The notes under the pieces are model-generated. The model did no database searches. It was not told the DNA's origin and saw only the letters and a list, made by a program, of their open reading frames with translations. Shown here one piece after another: positions 44,594-54,453 of a DNA stretch of 64,000 nucleotides (position 1 is its first letter; every line of letters begins with the position of its first letter). Source of the DNA: Oscillospiraceae bacterium (GTDB lineage: Bacteria > Bacillota > Clostridia > Oscillospirales > Ruminococcaceae); contig JAAYNJ010000004.1 in NCBI GenBank assembly GCA_012520915.1, positions 82-64,081 on the forward strand, in the 5' to 3' direction. Made by a program: the position numbers and the translations under genes.

Positions 44594-46636
44594 ATGCAAT
44601 TTTATAAGTTTGAAGGCTTTATTGTTGATGAAAACTGGTCTGAAGAAAATGACAGCCAACGCATAATGCGCGAGAAAACCAAAAGAATTGCAAGGAAAAG
44701 CAATGCGTTTAATGAAAAACTGCAAAAGAAAGCTTTTTTCTATGTAACCGACGCATCAGGGGATTTGGTTACAATAGGCATTATTTGCCGTGATTCCGCA
44801 GATCTTGATAGACGGCTTGCCGCATTTCTGAATACTATAGAGATAGAGCTGAAGGATACTTATCTTGAAGAGGTAACATTTAATTCCGCACGAAAAATGC
44901 TTATACTTGCGGATAGAAACGATTACATTGAGAACGATGATAATGTGCTCGAACAGTTTGATTTGGACAGACTGAGCTTAGGATTTCAAAGGAGTATCGA
45001 ATACGATGAAAACATCATAAAAGAAGCTGATAAAAAATATATTTATAAAAAGGCTGAAAGCTTCATTGTTAAAGATACTTTTATGCCTGAACTCGACCGC
45101 ATTTATGCCGGAAGTTCAAAAAAAAATGTAACCGGACATCCTGTACATTATATGCTGCAAACGGACGATGACGATATCCGCGAAGGCATCGGCAGACTTC
45201 TGTTGCAGGCTCTTTATGCCAATAACAGAATACGCAACAGACGTTACTCTTTAGTTGAATTCAGACCCGACGGAAACTTTGATATCAGGCCCGGATTTAA
45301 ATTTTCCCCGAGCGCCTATGACTGCCTTTATAAAAGTAATACGGGCGGTGCAATAATCGTAAGATATCATGCAAACGACGATATCGAGGATGAATTTGCA
45401 AGCAGCGGCAGAGAAACGATTGAAATCATTTGCGAAGCTATGAAGAGATATCGTCATCAGGTGCTCACCGTGTTTTGCCTCCCGCGCGAATGTACAAAAT
45501 CCAAGGAGATATTCTATGAGAATCTCGGAAATTCAAGCTTTGTTGAATTAAAGGAAGAATTCGTCTATGGAGAAGACGCAAAAGATTTTCTCAAAGTGTT
45601 GGCTAAAGATAAAGGCATGCGCGTCAATAAAAAACTTTTTGAAAAATTGGAAGAGGAAAAAGGCTATTTGGCTCCGGAGCTTCACAAAATGTTCGATGAA
45701 TGGTACAACAACAAACTCAAAACCGGGATTTATCCGCAATACAAAGAAATCATAACTGCCAAAAGGGAAGTCATAAAGGCGGCGCCAAAAGGCTCCGCAT
45801 ATGATGAGCTTATGGAAATGGTCGGCCTTGAAAATGTAAAGGAACTTATAAATAATGCTCTTAATTACTATAAAGCTCAGAAACTTTTCGCCGACAAAGG
45901 CATGAAAGCCAATCGAACCGCTATGCATATGGTTTTTACCGGAAATCCCGGAACCGCCAAAACTACCGTTGCAAGACTTTTCGCACGGATTATGAAAGAA
46001 AACGGCTTGCTGTCAAAAAGAAATCTTGTTGAGGTCGGAAGGGCGGATATGGTCGGCAAATATGTAGGCTGGACGGCGCCGACAGTTAAAAAGAAGTTTA
46101 AGGAAGCGGAGGGCAGCGTTCTTTTTATCGATGAAGCTTACTCGCTTGTGGACGGCAGAGACGGATTATACGGAGATGAAGCAATCAATACAATCGTTCA
46201 GGAAATGGAAAACCGCAGAGACAGCATAGTGGTGATTTTTGCCGGTTATCCCGATAAAATGGAGGGGTTTCTGCAAAAGAATCCCGGACTTCGCTCAAGA
46301 ATTGCGTTTCATATACCCTTTGCGGATTACGATGCTGAAGACCTCTGCGGTATTGCCGGTTTGATTGCAAAGAAAAAAGGATTGACCTTTACTAAAGAAG
46401 CCTGCGATAAATTATTTGATGTTTTCGAGATTGCAAAAAACGAAGATGATTTCGGAAACGGCAGGTATGTAAGAAATGTAATCGAAAAAGCAAAAATGGC
46501 TCAGGCAACGAGACTGCTGACTACTATGGATTATGATGATATAAGCGAAAAAGACTTGAGAACCATCTATGCCGAGGATATTGAGATGCCGACCGCACCT
46601 AAGCGAAGCAATAATCGTATCGGATTCGGGACTTAG
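44594..46636 (+). CDS. AAA+ ATPase of the CbbX/SpoVK type with a long N-terminal region containing a degenerate AAA-like module
   Basis: C-terminal MHMVFTGNPGTAKTTVARL, VLFIDEAYSL, GDEAINTIVQEMEN, VIFAGYP and GLRSRI. Start placed at ATG 44594 after GAGG. The track ATG at 44549 has no RBS. Confidence 0.8.
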   Translation: MQFYKFEGFIVDENWSEENDSQRIMREKTKRIARKSNAFNEKLQKKAFFYVTDASGDLVTIGIICRDSADLDRRLAAFLNTIEIELKDTYLEEVTFNSARKMLILADRNDYIENDDNVLEQFDLDRLSLGFQRSIEYDENIIKEADKKYIYKKAESFIVKDTFMPELDRIYAGSSKKNVTGHPVHYMLQTDDDDIREGIGRLLLQALYANNRIRNRRYSLVEFRPDGNFDIRPGFKFSPSAYDCLYKSNTGGAIIVRYHANDDIEDEFASSGRETIEIICEAMKRYRHQVLTVFCLPRECTKSKEIFYENLGNSSFVELKEEFVYGEDAKDFLKVLAKDKGMRVNKKLFEKLEEEKGYLAPELHKMFDEWYNNKLKTGIYPQYKEIITAKREVIKAAPKGSAYDELMEMVGLENVKELINNALNYYKAQKLFADKGMKANRTAMHMVFTGNPGTAKTTVARLFARIMKENGLLSKRNLVEVGRADMVGKYVGWTAPTVKKKFKEAEGSVLFIDEAYSLVDGRDGLYGDEAINTIVQEMENRRDSIVVIFAGYPDKMEGFLQKNPGLRSRIAFHIPFADYDAEDLCGIAGLIAKKKGLTFTKEACDKLFDVFEIAKNEDDFGNGRYVRNVIEKAKMAQATRLLTTMDYDDISEKDLRTIYAEDIEMPTAPKRSNNRIGFGT

Positions 46637-46680
46637 AAAGACAGCGTAAAAACATACTCTCTGATTAATGCAATAATAAA

Positions 46681-46720
46681 AAACAGGTTTAGACACTGAT
46701 TTTGCAGTCTAAACCTGTTT
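46681..46720. terminator. bidirectional terminator between the AAA+ gene and a GGDEF gene
   Basis: 14-bp stem AAACAGGTTTAGAC / GTCTAAACCTGTTT with a 12-nt loop. Confidence 0.8.
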
Positions 46721-46847
46721 ATGCTCGTGATAGGAATCACGCTATCTATACTATTCGAACCTTATCATCCGGGATAATTTATAAATTCTTCCCTTAAGCA
46801 ACAGAAATGAAATTAGGTATTGAATTAATAATGAAAGAATTAAAAAA

Positions 46848-47891
46848 TCATTTTCTTTCCTTTCTCTTTTCTTTCTTGAAACGATACATCCTCTCGTCGC
46901 TTTTATTTAGAAGCGCTTCAACATCGGCAATCTCGCCTTTTTCCTTGTGTACCGTTCCGTAGCTGAAGCTGCACTCATAACCGCGGGTATTGTCCTTTAA
47001 TAAATCTTCCCGCGCAGAATCAATCAGCCCCAATGCAATCGACTCCTTGCATCCGCCAAGAAAAAGACCGAATTCGTCGCCTCCGAGCCTGAATAATATG
47101 TCCGTGGTGCGGAAACGGCTTTTTATTCTTTCTACGACGTGTTTTATATAATTATCGCCTTCTTCGTGCCCGTAGGTGTCATTGACATATTTCAACCTGT
47201 CTATATCTATGAATATAAAGGTGCATTCTTCTTCCGTACCAAAGAGGCTGTTAATATTTTCATCGAAAAAAGTTCTGCTTTTTGCACCCGTAAGCGGATC
47301 CGTATATGCCTTGCTGCTCAGGGATACATTTTTTCTGAATTCAATAGCCATTAATATCGACCTGTATATTGTGATGGAGGCTAAGATTGCAAGTATGACA
47401 ATCAGCAGTATTTCAAGCTTTCTAAGCTTGTCGGACAAAGCCTGGGAGTAGTCCTCGGCAGCCGAAACGGTTTCATTGCATATATCGAAATATGCTTCGC
47501 TGTCGGCTATCAACGCATCATGAATTTCTTCGCTTCGCGAATCCCTGAGTTCATAAATAAGAAGCTTAATGTTATTCCATGCATCTTTTTGAACCTGCAG
47601 TTTTTCCTGATAGCTCGGAAGCAGTATAGGCTTTATGTGATACTGAGTTCCACCTTCTTTAAGCTCCTGAATTACCCCGTCAATATAGGAAATTCTCTCG
47701 TCCGCATTGATAAAGTTGCTTTCGAGCTTAACGATTCTCTGAGCACCGCCCCTGGCAATACCCGAATAATTGATTACGCGTGCGGTTCCGTTAATCTCAT
47801 CAAAAAGCCACATCGAATAAGCAATTATTATAATCAGTATAAAAAGCAAAATCGCCTGTAGAATCTGAGCGAGATACTTGTTTTTACCCAT
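46848..47891 (-). CDS. diguanylate cyclase (GGDEF) with an N-terminal TM-bounded sensor region
   Basis: FRLGGDEF is intact. Two TM segments flank a ~130-aa extracytoplasmic region. Confidence 0.85.
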   Translation of the reverse strand: MGKNKYLAQILQAILLFILIIIIAYSMWLFDEINGTARVINYSGIARGGAQRIVKLESNFINADERISYIDGVIQELKEGGTQYHIKPILLPSYQEKLQVQKDAWNNIKLLIYELRDSRSEEIHDALIADSEAYFDICNETVSAAEDYSQALSDKLRKLEILLIVILAILASITIYRSILMAIEFRKNVSLSSKAYTDPLTGAKSRTFFDENINSLFGTEEECTFIFIDIDRLKYVNDTYGHEEGDNYIKHVVERIKSRFRTTDILFRLGGDEFGLFLGGCKESIALGLIDSAREDLLKDNTRGYECSFSYGTVHKEKGEIADVEALLNKSDERMYRFKKEKRKERK

Positions 47892-48062
47892 GACAGCTTA
47901 ACCCTTTTCAAAAAAGATTGTCAGATAGCATTATAGCCTATATATGATACGGTATAAAGTTTTGACGACAAAAAGGCCGTACCGAAATGCGTTGAGAAGC
48001 GTAAACAGCTATATTTGCTACTTCCACCATATTCCGTTTTTTTCCCGGCAAACTCAGATTTA

Positions 48063-48710
48063 CTATTCTTTTCTCAGAATAACCGAGCGTTCCCGTTCTC
48101 CCTTGTCGGCTTTATAAACAATACGATAATCTTTCAGCAGTGTGTTAATGCCTGCCCAATCATACGGATGATACAACAATCCCGCCCGGCTTCCGCAAGT
48201 ATATTTCATTGTTCCGTCTTTTAATAATACATGCGGTTCTTTCAGGTCATCCTCTTCGACCATATCAAAGGAAATCCAAATCAACCCGTTTTTTCTTGTT
48301 ATTCTAAACAACTCGATTAATGCCTTTTTCGAATCCGACACCGTTAAATGATCCAATACGGCATGCGCAACCACTCCGTCAAATGATTCGTCCTCATAAC
48401 CCGTATCTAAAATGCTTGCCGTCATAACCTTTTCGGCATCCATTCCGTATTTCTTTAATGCGTTAATTGTCATCTTCACGGCAGTCTCGGAAATATCAAA
48501 ACTGTGCACGTTAAAACCGTTGGACGCCAAAGCCAGCGAATAAGCGCCGAAACCGCTTGCCGCATCGCAGATGTTTTTAATATTGTTTTCCTTGAATATA
48601 TCTATCTCGGGGCTTTTCATTTCAAAATATCCGTCAAGATAATTAAACAGCTCCTCGGAATTTTCCTCATTCCAGCATTTTTCCCAATACTCGCCGTAAT
48701 CATTATTCAT
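48063..48710 (-). CDS. class I SAM-dependent methyltransferase
   Basis: Motif I ICDAASGFGAYSLALA and post-I FDIS. Confidence 0.8.
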   Translation of the reverse strand: MNNDYGEYWEKCWNEENSEELFNYLDGYFEMKSPEIDIFKENNIKNICDAASGFGAYSLALASNGFNVHSFDISETAVKMTINALKKYGMDAEKVMTASILDTGYEDESFDGVVAHAVLDHLTVSDSKKALIELFRITRKNGLIWISFDMVEEDDLKEPHVLLKDGTMKYTCGSRAGLLYHPYDWAGINTLLKDYRIVYKADKGERERSVILRKE

Positions 48711-49181
48711 TATAGATTCTCCGTATTAAACCTAAACAATATAAAGGTCGGATACATTTAAGTCCGAAGCATCTTCGGCGCAATTCTTATATCTTCAGGG
48801 GCAGCCGTGCACCTTTTCCATTTGGATTATTATATCGTAACTGCAGCGCATTCACCGACAGAGCAAATCGACATTATCATTGTGAAAACATATAAGTTGT
48901 GATAGAATAAAAAGCTGAGTTCAAGTTCGAAAAATTCAGAGTTGAACAGGGCTTTCTCTTAAATAATACTAAGACCGCCCCTCGGATACAAGGTATGTTT
49001 ATGCTGATGAAAAGTCAGGGTAGAGAGGTGGTTATTTAAGTTGTGTAAACAAAAATCAAATAGATAACATGAGATATTGGCATAAATACGGTACAAGGAT
49101 ATTATTATGCAAAATCTATCCCTGCCGGCGGATATTTAAAGTTATTGGGAAATCGGTAAGGGTGGAAAAGGTTTAGTCAAT

Positions 49182-51023
49182 ATGAATAAAAATATAAAAG
49201 AAAACATTTTTGATAATCAAGGCAAACTCGGCAATGAGAATAAAATAGATATACCGAGCATAGTGTTTACCGCTATTTTAATAATAATGTGCATTGTAAT
49301 ACCGCTTACAATAAGATCGAATAAAGTTGAAGATAGTTGGTATCACGGTATAAATAAAGGCATAGTAGAAGAGGTTTATACCGCTTCGGAAGACAATACC
49401 GAGTCGGATATTCAGTATAAAAGGGATTTACCTATAGAGGTCGGAAGCGGAATAAGTTTTATTGTTGACAGAAAAAGGTCTGACGATATATCGGATATAT
49501 CCGATTATTTAGCGATAAGTTACGCATTTTCCGATATAGAGGTAAAAACATCCGGCGGTGATACTTTATATAACAGTTATAACGAAAGACACTCCGCTTA
49601 TAAAAATGAAAGCAGAATTCGCAAACATATGAGCATGTCCGGAATGGACAATATTGCCAGAAGAGAAAAATTTGAGATAATCAGAATTCCAAGCGAATAT
49701 AAAGGCAGATATATAGAAATAACCTTAAATCCCATAAAAGATTCGGATGTGGGTATCGTTACAAATATATACAGTGTAAATAACCTGATGGAATTGATAA
49801 CGGTGATATTTTTAAGAGAGGTACATCTTATAGTGCCGTCTGTCTTTATGATTTTCATCGGTTTTACGGGCGTATTGGTATATACCGCTTACAGGTTGTT
49901 TAAAAGGGAATATGTCAACATATTGTATTTAACTCATATAGCAGGGATTACGGGTTTGGTGTTATTGTGCCAAACGGATTTTATAAAATCGTTTTTACCA
50001 TCTGAATTAAATACGATCCACTATGTATTGTATATATCAACGCAGTTAATAAACATACCGATAATTAAATACATCGTAACCAGGTTCGGGCTTACTTTAG
50101 ATTATAAAAATAACGATACTGAAGATTATAAGCATAACAAATGGAATAAAGTTATATCCGTGTCCGGACGGCTTCTTATAGTACTGACCGTTTTAAACTC
50201 TATTATACAATTCATATTGTCAATTAACGGCTACATATCATATATCGATACTATTTACATTAGTGTATTTTTAACTGTATTGACGTCGCTGGTATTCGTA
50301 TTAACCGGCTTTATGAATAGGGATAAATTGTATATATATGAGAAATATTTCTATGCTTCCATATTTGTTATGAATTCATTATCAATGATAAATGAGAATT
50401 TTCTTAAATTTCACATATTCAGTTATGTATTGTCTATAGAAATAGTTATGTTCATAGTATTCCTTATATCGGTTGCATTGAAATATTTTGATAATATTAA
50501 AAAAGAAAAAATACATTTCTCGTTATTGGACGAGGCGTTAAAGACGGACAACCTTACAAAATTGGGCAGCAGACATGCTTATGAACGCAGATTATTTGAG
50601 CTGAATAAAGCTAATAAAAAATGTGTAATAATGTTTGTTGACTTGAATAACTTAAAATTTATAAATGACAAATTGGGCCATGAATACGGCGACAGAGCGA
50701 TTAAAGGCGTTGCCGAATACTTGAAAAATAAATTTCCGGACAGCGATATATTCAGAATAGGCGGAGACGAATATGTCATAATTTCTCAGGATTACAGCGA
50801 TTATAATAAACTCTCCAAGCTGGAATCAAAAGAGGTTTTCGTGCAAGGGGTAACGGAGCATATTCCTGTTGTAATGTCATTCGGTGTAGCATTTTATGAC
50901 CCGGCTAATCTCCAAAACGAGACGATAGAAGATTATGTAAAACGAGCCGATAAGGCAATGTATAGAAATAAACAAAAATATAAGGAAAAAAATCCTCAAT
51001 GGAGTTACAGGGTTTTTGGTTAA
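49182..51023 (+). CDS. diguanylate cyclase (GGDEF) with an extracytoplasmic domain and a multi-TM sensor module
   Basis: FRIGGDEY plus the preceding DLNNLKFINDKLGH. One N-terminal TM, a ~170-aa exo-domain and about 7 TM helices. Very AT-rich coding sequence. Confidence 0.85.
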   Translation: MNKNIKENIFDNQGKLGNENKIDIPSIVFTAILIIMCIVIPLTIRSNKVEDSWYHGINKGIVEEVYTASEDNTESDIQYKRDLPIEVGSGISFIVDRKRSDDISDISDYLAISYAFSDIEVKTSGGDTLYNSYNERHSAYKNESRIRKHMSMSGMDNIARREKFEIIRIPSEYKGRYIEITLNPIKDSDVGIVTNIYSVNNLMELITVIFLREVHLIVPSVFMIFIGFTGVLVYTAYRLFKREYVNILYLTHIAGITGLVLLCQTDFIKSFLPSELNTIHYVLYISTQLINIPIIKYIVTRFGLTLDYKNNDTEDYKHNKWNKVISVSGRLLIVLTVLNSIIQFILSINGYISYIDTIYISVFLTVLTSLVFVLTGFMNRDKLYIYEKYFYASIFVMNSLSMINENFLKFHIFSYVLSIEIVMFIVFLISVALKYFDNIKKEKIHFSLLDEALKTDNLTKLGSRHAYERRLFELNKANKKCVIMFVDLNNLKFINDKLGHEYGDRAIKGVAEYLKNKFPDSDIFRIGGDEYVIISQDYSDYNKLSKLESKEVFVQGVTEHIPVVMSFGVAFYDPANLQNETIEDYVKRADKAMYRNKQKYKEKNPQWSYRVFG

Positions 51024-51048
51024 AACCGATATGTGGCTTTTAAAAGAT

Positions 51049-51079
51049 ATGCCGGATAAGCAAAGAGCTTTTCCGGCAT
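51049..51079 (+). terminator. hairpin downstream of the GGDEF gene
   Basis: 8-bp stem ATGCCGGA / TCCGGCAT with a 15-nt loop. The T tail is weak. Confidence 0.4.
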
Positions 51080-51144
51080 CTTTAAAAAAGTAATATAATC
51101 AAATTTTTCGTTATTAACTGGCGAAAACTATTTTGCCGAGAAAA

Positions 51145-51234
51145 CGAGAACCCGTCAACATGTTACTCAAAACGGAACACGTCGACGGGGGGTCGTTTTT
51201 TTGCGCTATATCTAAAAACCTGATAAACCCCTCA
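51145..51234 (-). pseudogene. relic of the 3' end of a RumA/TrmA-family methyltransferase gene
   Basis: The minus strand reads GVYQVFRYSAKKRPPVDVFRFE*HVDG against the intact RlmD C-terminus SGYEIKKVTPVDMFPRTEHVET. The DNA GGAACAcgTCGACGGGGGgTcgtTTTTTTG resembles 52876-52904. Confidence 0.5.
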
Positions 51235-51295
51235 CGGCTTATCGGCGAACTAAAGCCCTCTTTTTCAAAAGTTAGCGGTTATTCGCTCTTCAGCC

Positions 51296-52609
51296 TCAAT
51301 CGATCTTCCATATAAAAAGACTGTACGGAGAAAGCAAACTGCCGTCGTGCAGAGAAACGCTTTCTCCGGTCAGCAGATTCGTGGCATTACTTGTCTCGAT
51401 TCCGTTAAATTGAGCGTGATATTCCCGGTTATCGGCGTTTACGGCAACCCATATGCGTTCCTCCTCGAACTCCCGCTGAAACACGAGCTGACGGTTTGTG
51501 AGCACAATACTCTTGTAATCACCGTACAGCAGAGCTTTATATCTTTTGCGGAGATCGGCAAGGGTAGCGATTAACGTTGTCAGGTCGTTCCATTCAGGAA
51601 GGTAAACTTCCGGTCGAAGCGCATCGTCGCTGTTCTTTTCTTTGACCCCTGAAATTCCCCATTCGCTTCCATAATATATACAAGGGATACCCGGCATGGT
51701 AAACAGTATGCCGTACAGCAGCGGCAGGTGATTCTGATCCTTCAAAATGCTGGCTACCCTGGTGACATCATGGTTATCCGCAAATGACAGCAGATGCTCG
51801 TTCTTGTAAATGGCGTATTCTTCTTTTCCAAACTGTCGGTTGAGAGAGTGTGAAATTTCAAAAAGGTTCATATCGTTAAAAGCGGAATAGAGACTTTTGT
51901 AACATTCATAATTCGTACAGCTGTGGAGCATCTCGGAGTTCACGATCCTCTTATAATCTCCGAATAGGACTTCACCCACTAGGAAAAAGTCCTGTTTGAC
52001 TGAATCGCAAAATTGCCGGAGCTTGCGCAAAAAAGACTCATTTAAACAGTAGGCTACGTCAATCCGCAAGCCGTCAATTTGAAACTCATCCATCCAACCT
52101 TTTATGCAGGAAAAAAGGTATTCAGAAACCTTCGGGTTTTCCAAATTGAGCTTGACCAATTCAAAGTGACCCTCCCAGCCTTCGTACCACATACCGTCGT
52201 TATAGCAGGAATTGCCGTTAAAATTGATATGGAACCAGTCCCTGTATTCGGACTGTTCACGGTGCAGAAGAACGTCTTGAAACGCCCAAAAACCCCGGCC
52301 CACGTGATTAAACACGCCGTCCAGCACCACACGGATGCCGTTCTCTTTGAGCGCTCTGCAAACCTCGGCAAAATCTTCATTGTCGCCAAGTCGGCAGTCA
52401 ATTTTTTTGTAGTCTCTTGTATCATAACCGTGACGGTCGGATTCAAACACGGGCGAAAAGTAAACCGCATCCGCGTTCAGCCGCTTTAGGTGCGGAATCC
52501 ATTCCATGACCTTGCGTATTCTGGGTACGAGCACCCCGTCATTGTCTTTGGGAGCGCCGCAAAACCCCAAGGGATATATCTGATAAAACACGCTGTTCTT
52601 TGCCCACAT
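51296..52609 (-). CDS. GH13 alpha-amylase family glycoside hydrolase (intracellular, neopullulanase/alpha-glucosidase-like)
   Basis: GH13 regions VLDGVFNHV, DGLRIDVA, LVGEV and FADNHD. No signal peptide. Confidence 0.85.
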   Translation of the reverse strand: MWAKNSVFYQIYPLGFCGAPKDNDGVLVPRIRKVMEWIPHLKRLNADAVYFSPVFESDRHGYDTRDYKKIDCRLGDNEDFAEVCRALKENGIRVVLDGVFNHVGRGFWAFQDVLLHREQSEYRDWFHINFNGNSCYNDGMWYEGWEGHFELVKLNLENPKVSEYLFSCIKGWMDEFQIDGLRIDVAYCLNESFLRKLRQFCDSVKQDFFLVGEVLFGDYKRIVNSEMLHSCTNYECYKSLYSAFNDMNLFEISHSLNRQFGKEEYAIYKNEHLLSFADNHDVTRVASILKDQNHLPLLYGILFTMPGIPCIYYGSEWGISGVKEKNSDDALRPEVYLPEWNDLTTLIATLADLRKRYKALLYGDYKSIVLTNRQLVFQREFEEERIWVAVNADNREYHAQFNGIETSNATNLLTGESVSLHDGSLLSPYSLFIWKID

Positions 52610-52654
52610 ATTGTATTCTTCCTTTTAAATCGTTATTTATATAAATATTTAATA

Positions 52655-52675
52655 AAAAAGGCCGTTCATGCCTTT
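52655..52675 (-). terminator. possible terminator downstream of rlmD
   Basis: AAAAGGC / GCCTTTT stem with a 7-nt loop. The A/T tracts are shared with the stem. Weak. Confidence 0.35.
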
Positions 52676-52813
52676 TCTTTTTTTAAATAATATTATGAGA
52701 ATATTCCGAGCATAAACCGATAAACGTTATTTGTTTATGTGTGCCTCTTATATAAGTCTTTAGCCGGGTATTTAGCAGCTGTCAAATCAAGCATCTTCTT
52801 CACCGGATTTATA

Positions 52814-54181
52814 TTAATATTCCCGATGTATAACTTTAGACACCAGCGCCGCCGTTTCCACATGCTCCGTTCTCGGGAACATATCGACGGGGGTAACTTT
52901 TTTGATTTCATAACCCGAGTCGATTAATACCCTTAAATCCCTTGCAAGGGTGGCGGGGTTGCAGGACACCATCACTATCTTTTCGGGGTTAAGGCTCACC
53001 AGGTTGCTTAAAAGCGTTGCGGAACACCCCTTTCTCGGCGGGTCGGTAATTATGCAGTCGGGCAAAATGGCGAACTTTTTCAGCTTTTCCGAAAATTTCG
53101 TAGCATCGAGGTTGAAAAACTCCGCGTTGTAAATTTCGTTTACAGATGCGTTGTGGTGTGCGTCCTCAACGGCACTTTCGTTGTTCTCAACTCCGATTAC
53201 CTTTCTAACCTTTTCGGCAAAAGACAGCCCTATGGAACCGACGCCGCAATAGAGGTCTAAAACAATATCGTCGATTTCGGGCTGTACGAGCTTTTCTATT
53301 TCTCCGTAAAGAATCTCCGCCGCTCCACGGTTGATTTGGAAAAAGCTGGTAGGGGAGAGTCTGAATTTTTTACCGCAAAGAGTGTCGTAAATATAACCCT
53401 TGTTGTACAGAGTTCTGTTATAAAAACCCATTATTCTGTTGGTGTTTTTGGAGTTTTCGTTTAAAACTATGCTCACGATTTCGGGATGTTCTTTAAGAAT
53501 ATTTTTGCAGAACTCAAGTTCGCCTTCAAAAGAATCGCAGTTCATAACGAGGCAAAGCATTATTTCGCCTTTGTCGTTTTCCCTTAAAACGATATGTCGG
53601 AGATCCCTTTGGTGGCTGTATTCATCATATGCTTTAACGGAATACGAGTTTAAGATTTCACAGACGTCCGACGCGATTTTGTTAAAGATAACGGGATTTA
53701 AATCGCATCCCCCGGTTATCGGAACGATTCTGTGGCTTCTCCTTGCATAAAAACCGAAATTCAGCCCGTTTTTGTCCTGATAAACGGGAAGCTGCACCTT
53801 GTTTCTGTATTTCGAAATGTCGGGAGAGGGGATGACCTCCTCAACCGGAAAATCGATATTCCCGATTTTATTAAGGGAATTAACTACGAAATTTTTTTTC
53901 AGCCTCAGCTCCTCTTTGTAATCGAGATGTCTGAGAGAACATCCGCCGCATTTTTGAAAGTGAATGCATCCCGAATCGATTCTGTGAGGGCTTTCTTTTA
54001 GGAGATTGACGATTATTCCGAAGGCATGTTTCTTTTTAACTTTTACGATTTTAGCGGTAATGACGTCTCCTACCGCCGTATAGGGTACGAAGACGACAAA
54101 ATCCATATACCTTGAAACTCCGTTACCATCACTCGCAATATCCTCAATGGTAAGCGTAACTTCCTGGTTTTTAACAAGCAT
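52814..54181 (-). CDS. rlmD: 23S rRNA (uracil-C5)-methyltransferase, RlmD/RumA family
   Basis: TRAM domain, 4Fe-4S Cys cluster (CIHFQKCGGCSLRH), SAM-binding LDLYCGVGSIG, and C-terminal VSCNPATLARD. Confidence 0.9.
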   Translation of the reverse strand: MLVKNQEVTLTIEDIASDGNGVSRYMDFVVFVPYTAVGDVITAKIVKVKKKHAFGIIVNLLKESPHRIDSGCIHFQKCGGCSLRHLDYKEELRLKKNFVVNSLNKIGNIDFPVEEVIPSPDISKYRNKVQLPVYQDKNGLNFGFYARRSHRIVPITGGCDLNPVIFNKIASDVCEILNSYSVKAYDEYSHQRDLRHIVLRENDKGEIMLCLVMNCDSFEGELEFCKNILKEHPEIVSIVLNENSKNTNRIMGFYNRTLYNKGYIYDTLCGKKFRLSPTSFFQINRGAAEILYGEIEKLVQPEIDDIVLDLYCGVGSIGLSFAEKVRKVIGVENNESAVEDAHHNASVNEIYNAEFFNLDATKFSEKLKKFAILPDCIITDPPRKGCSATLLSNLVSLNPEKIVMVSCNPATLARDLRVLIDSGYEIKKVTPVDMFPRTEHVETAALVSKVIHREY

Positions 54182-54395
54182 TTAAGTGTCCTATAATGAA
54201 TTGATTATTCTTAAAACATACCGACCTTCTGTTTGAATAAAATCAAAGCAAATCCGGTATTCTTTATATAAGTTTATCATAAATGACCCTTTAAGTAAGG
54301 GGAGTTTTGTACAAAACTGTCATTAATAATTTACATAAAATGCATAATGTTCCGTTTTGAACCCTCTTTTCACAGGCTTAAATCGAGAGAAAATC

Positions 54396-54423
54396 TTGAC
54401 AGGGTTTTACCGTCTGATATACT
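54396..54423 (+). promoter_or_regulatory. sigma-A type promoter of cysK
   Basis: TTGACA, 16 nt, TATACT, about 30 nt upstream of the GGAGGAG RBS. Confidence 0.6.
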
Positions 54424-54453
54424 TTTCATATTATAAAAATGTTGGAGGAGATA

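Noticed and set aside
48711-49181. The 470-nt intergenic region between the methyltransferase and a GGDEF gene. I examined it for a c-di-GMP or other riboswitch and for small ORFs.
   Set aside because: I could not recognise GEMM-I/II or any other riboswitch core sequence by eye. The short ORFs present lack RBSs. A covariance-model scan is needed before saying anything.
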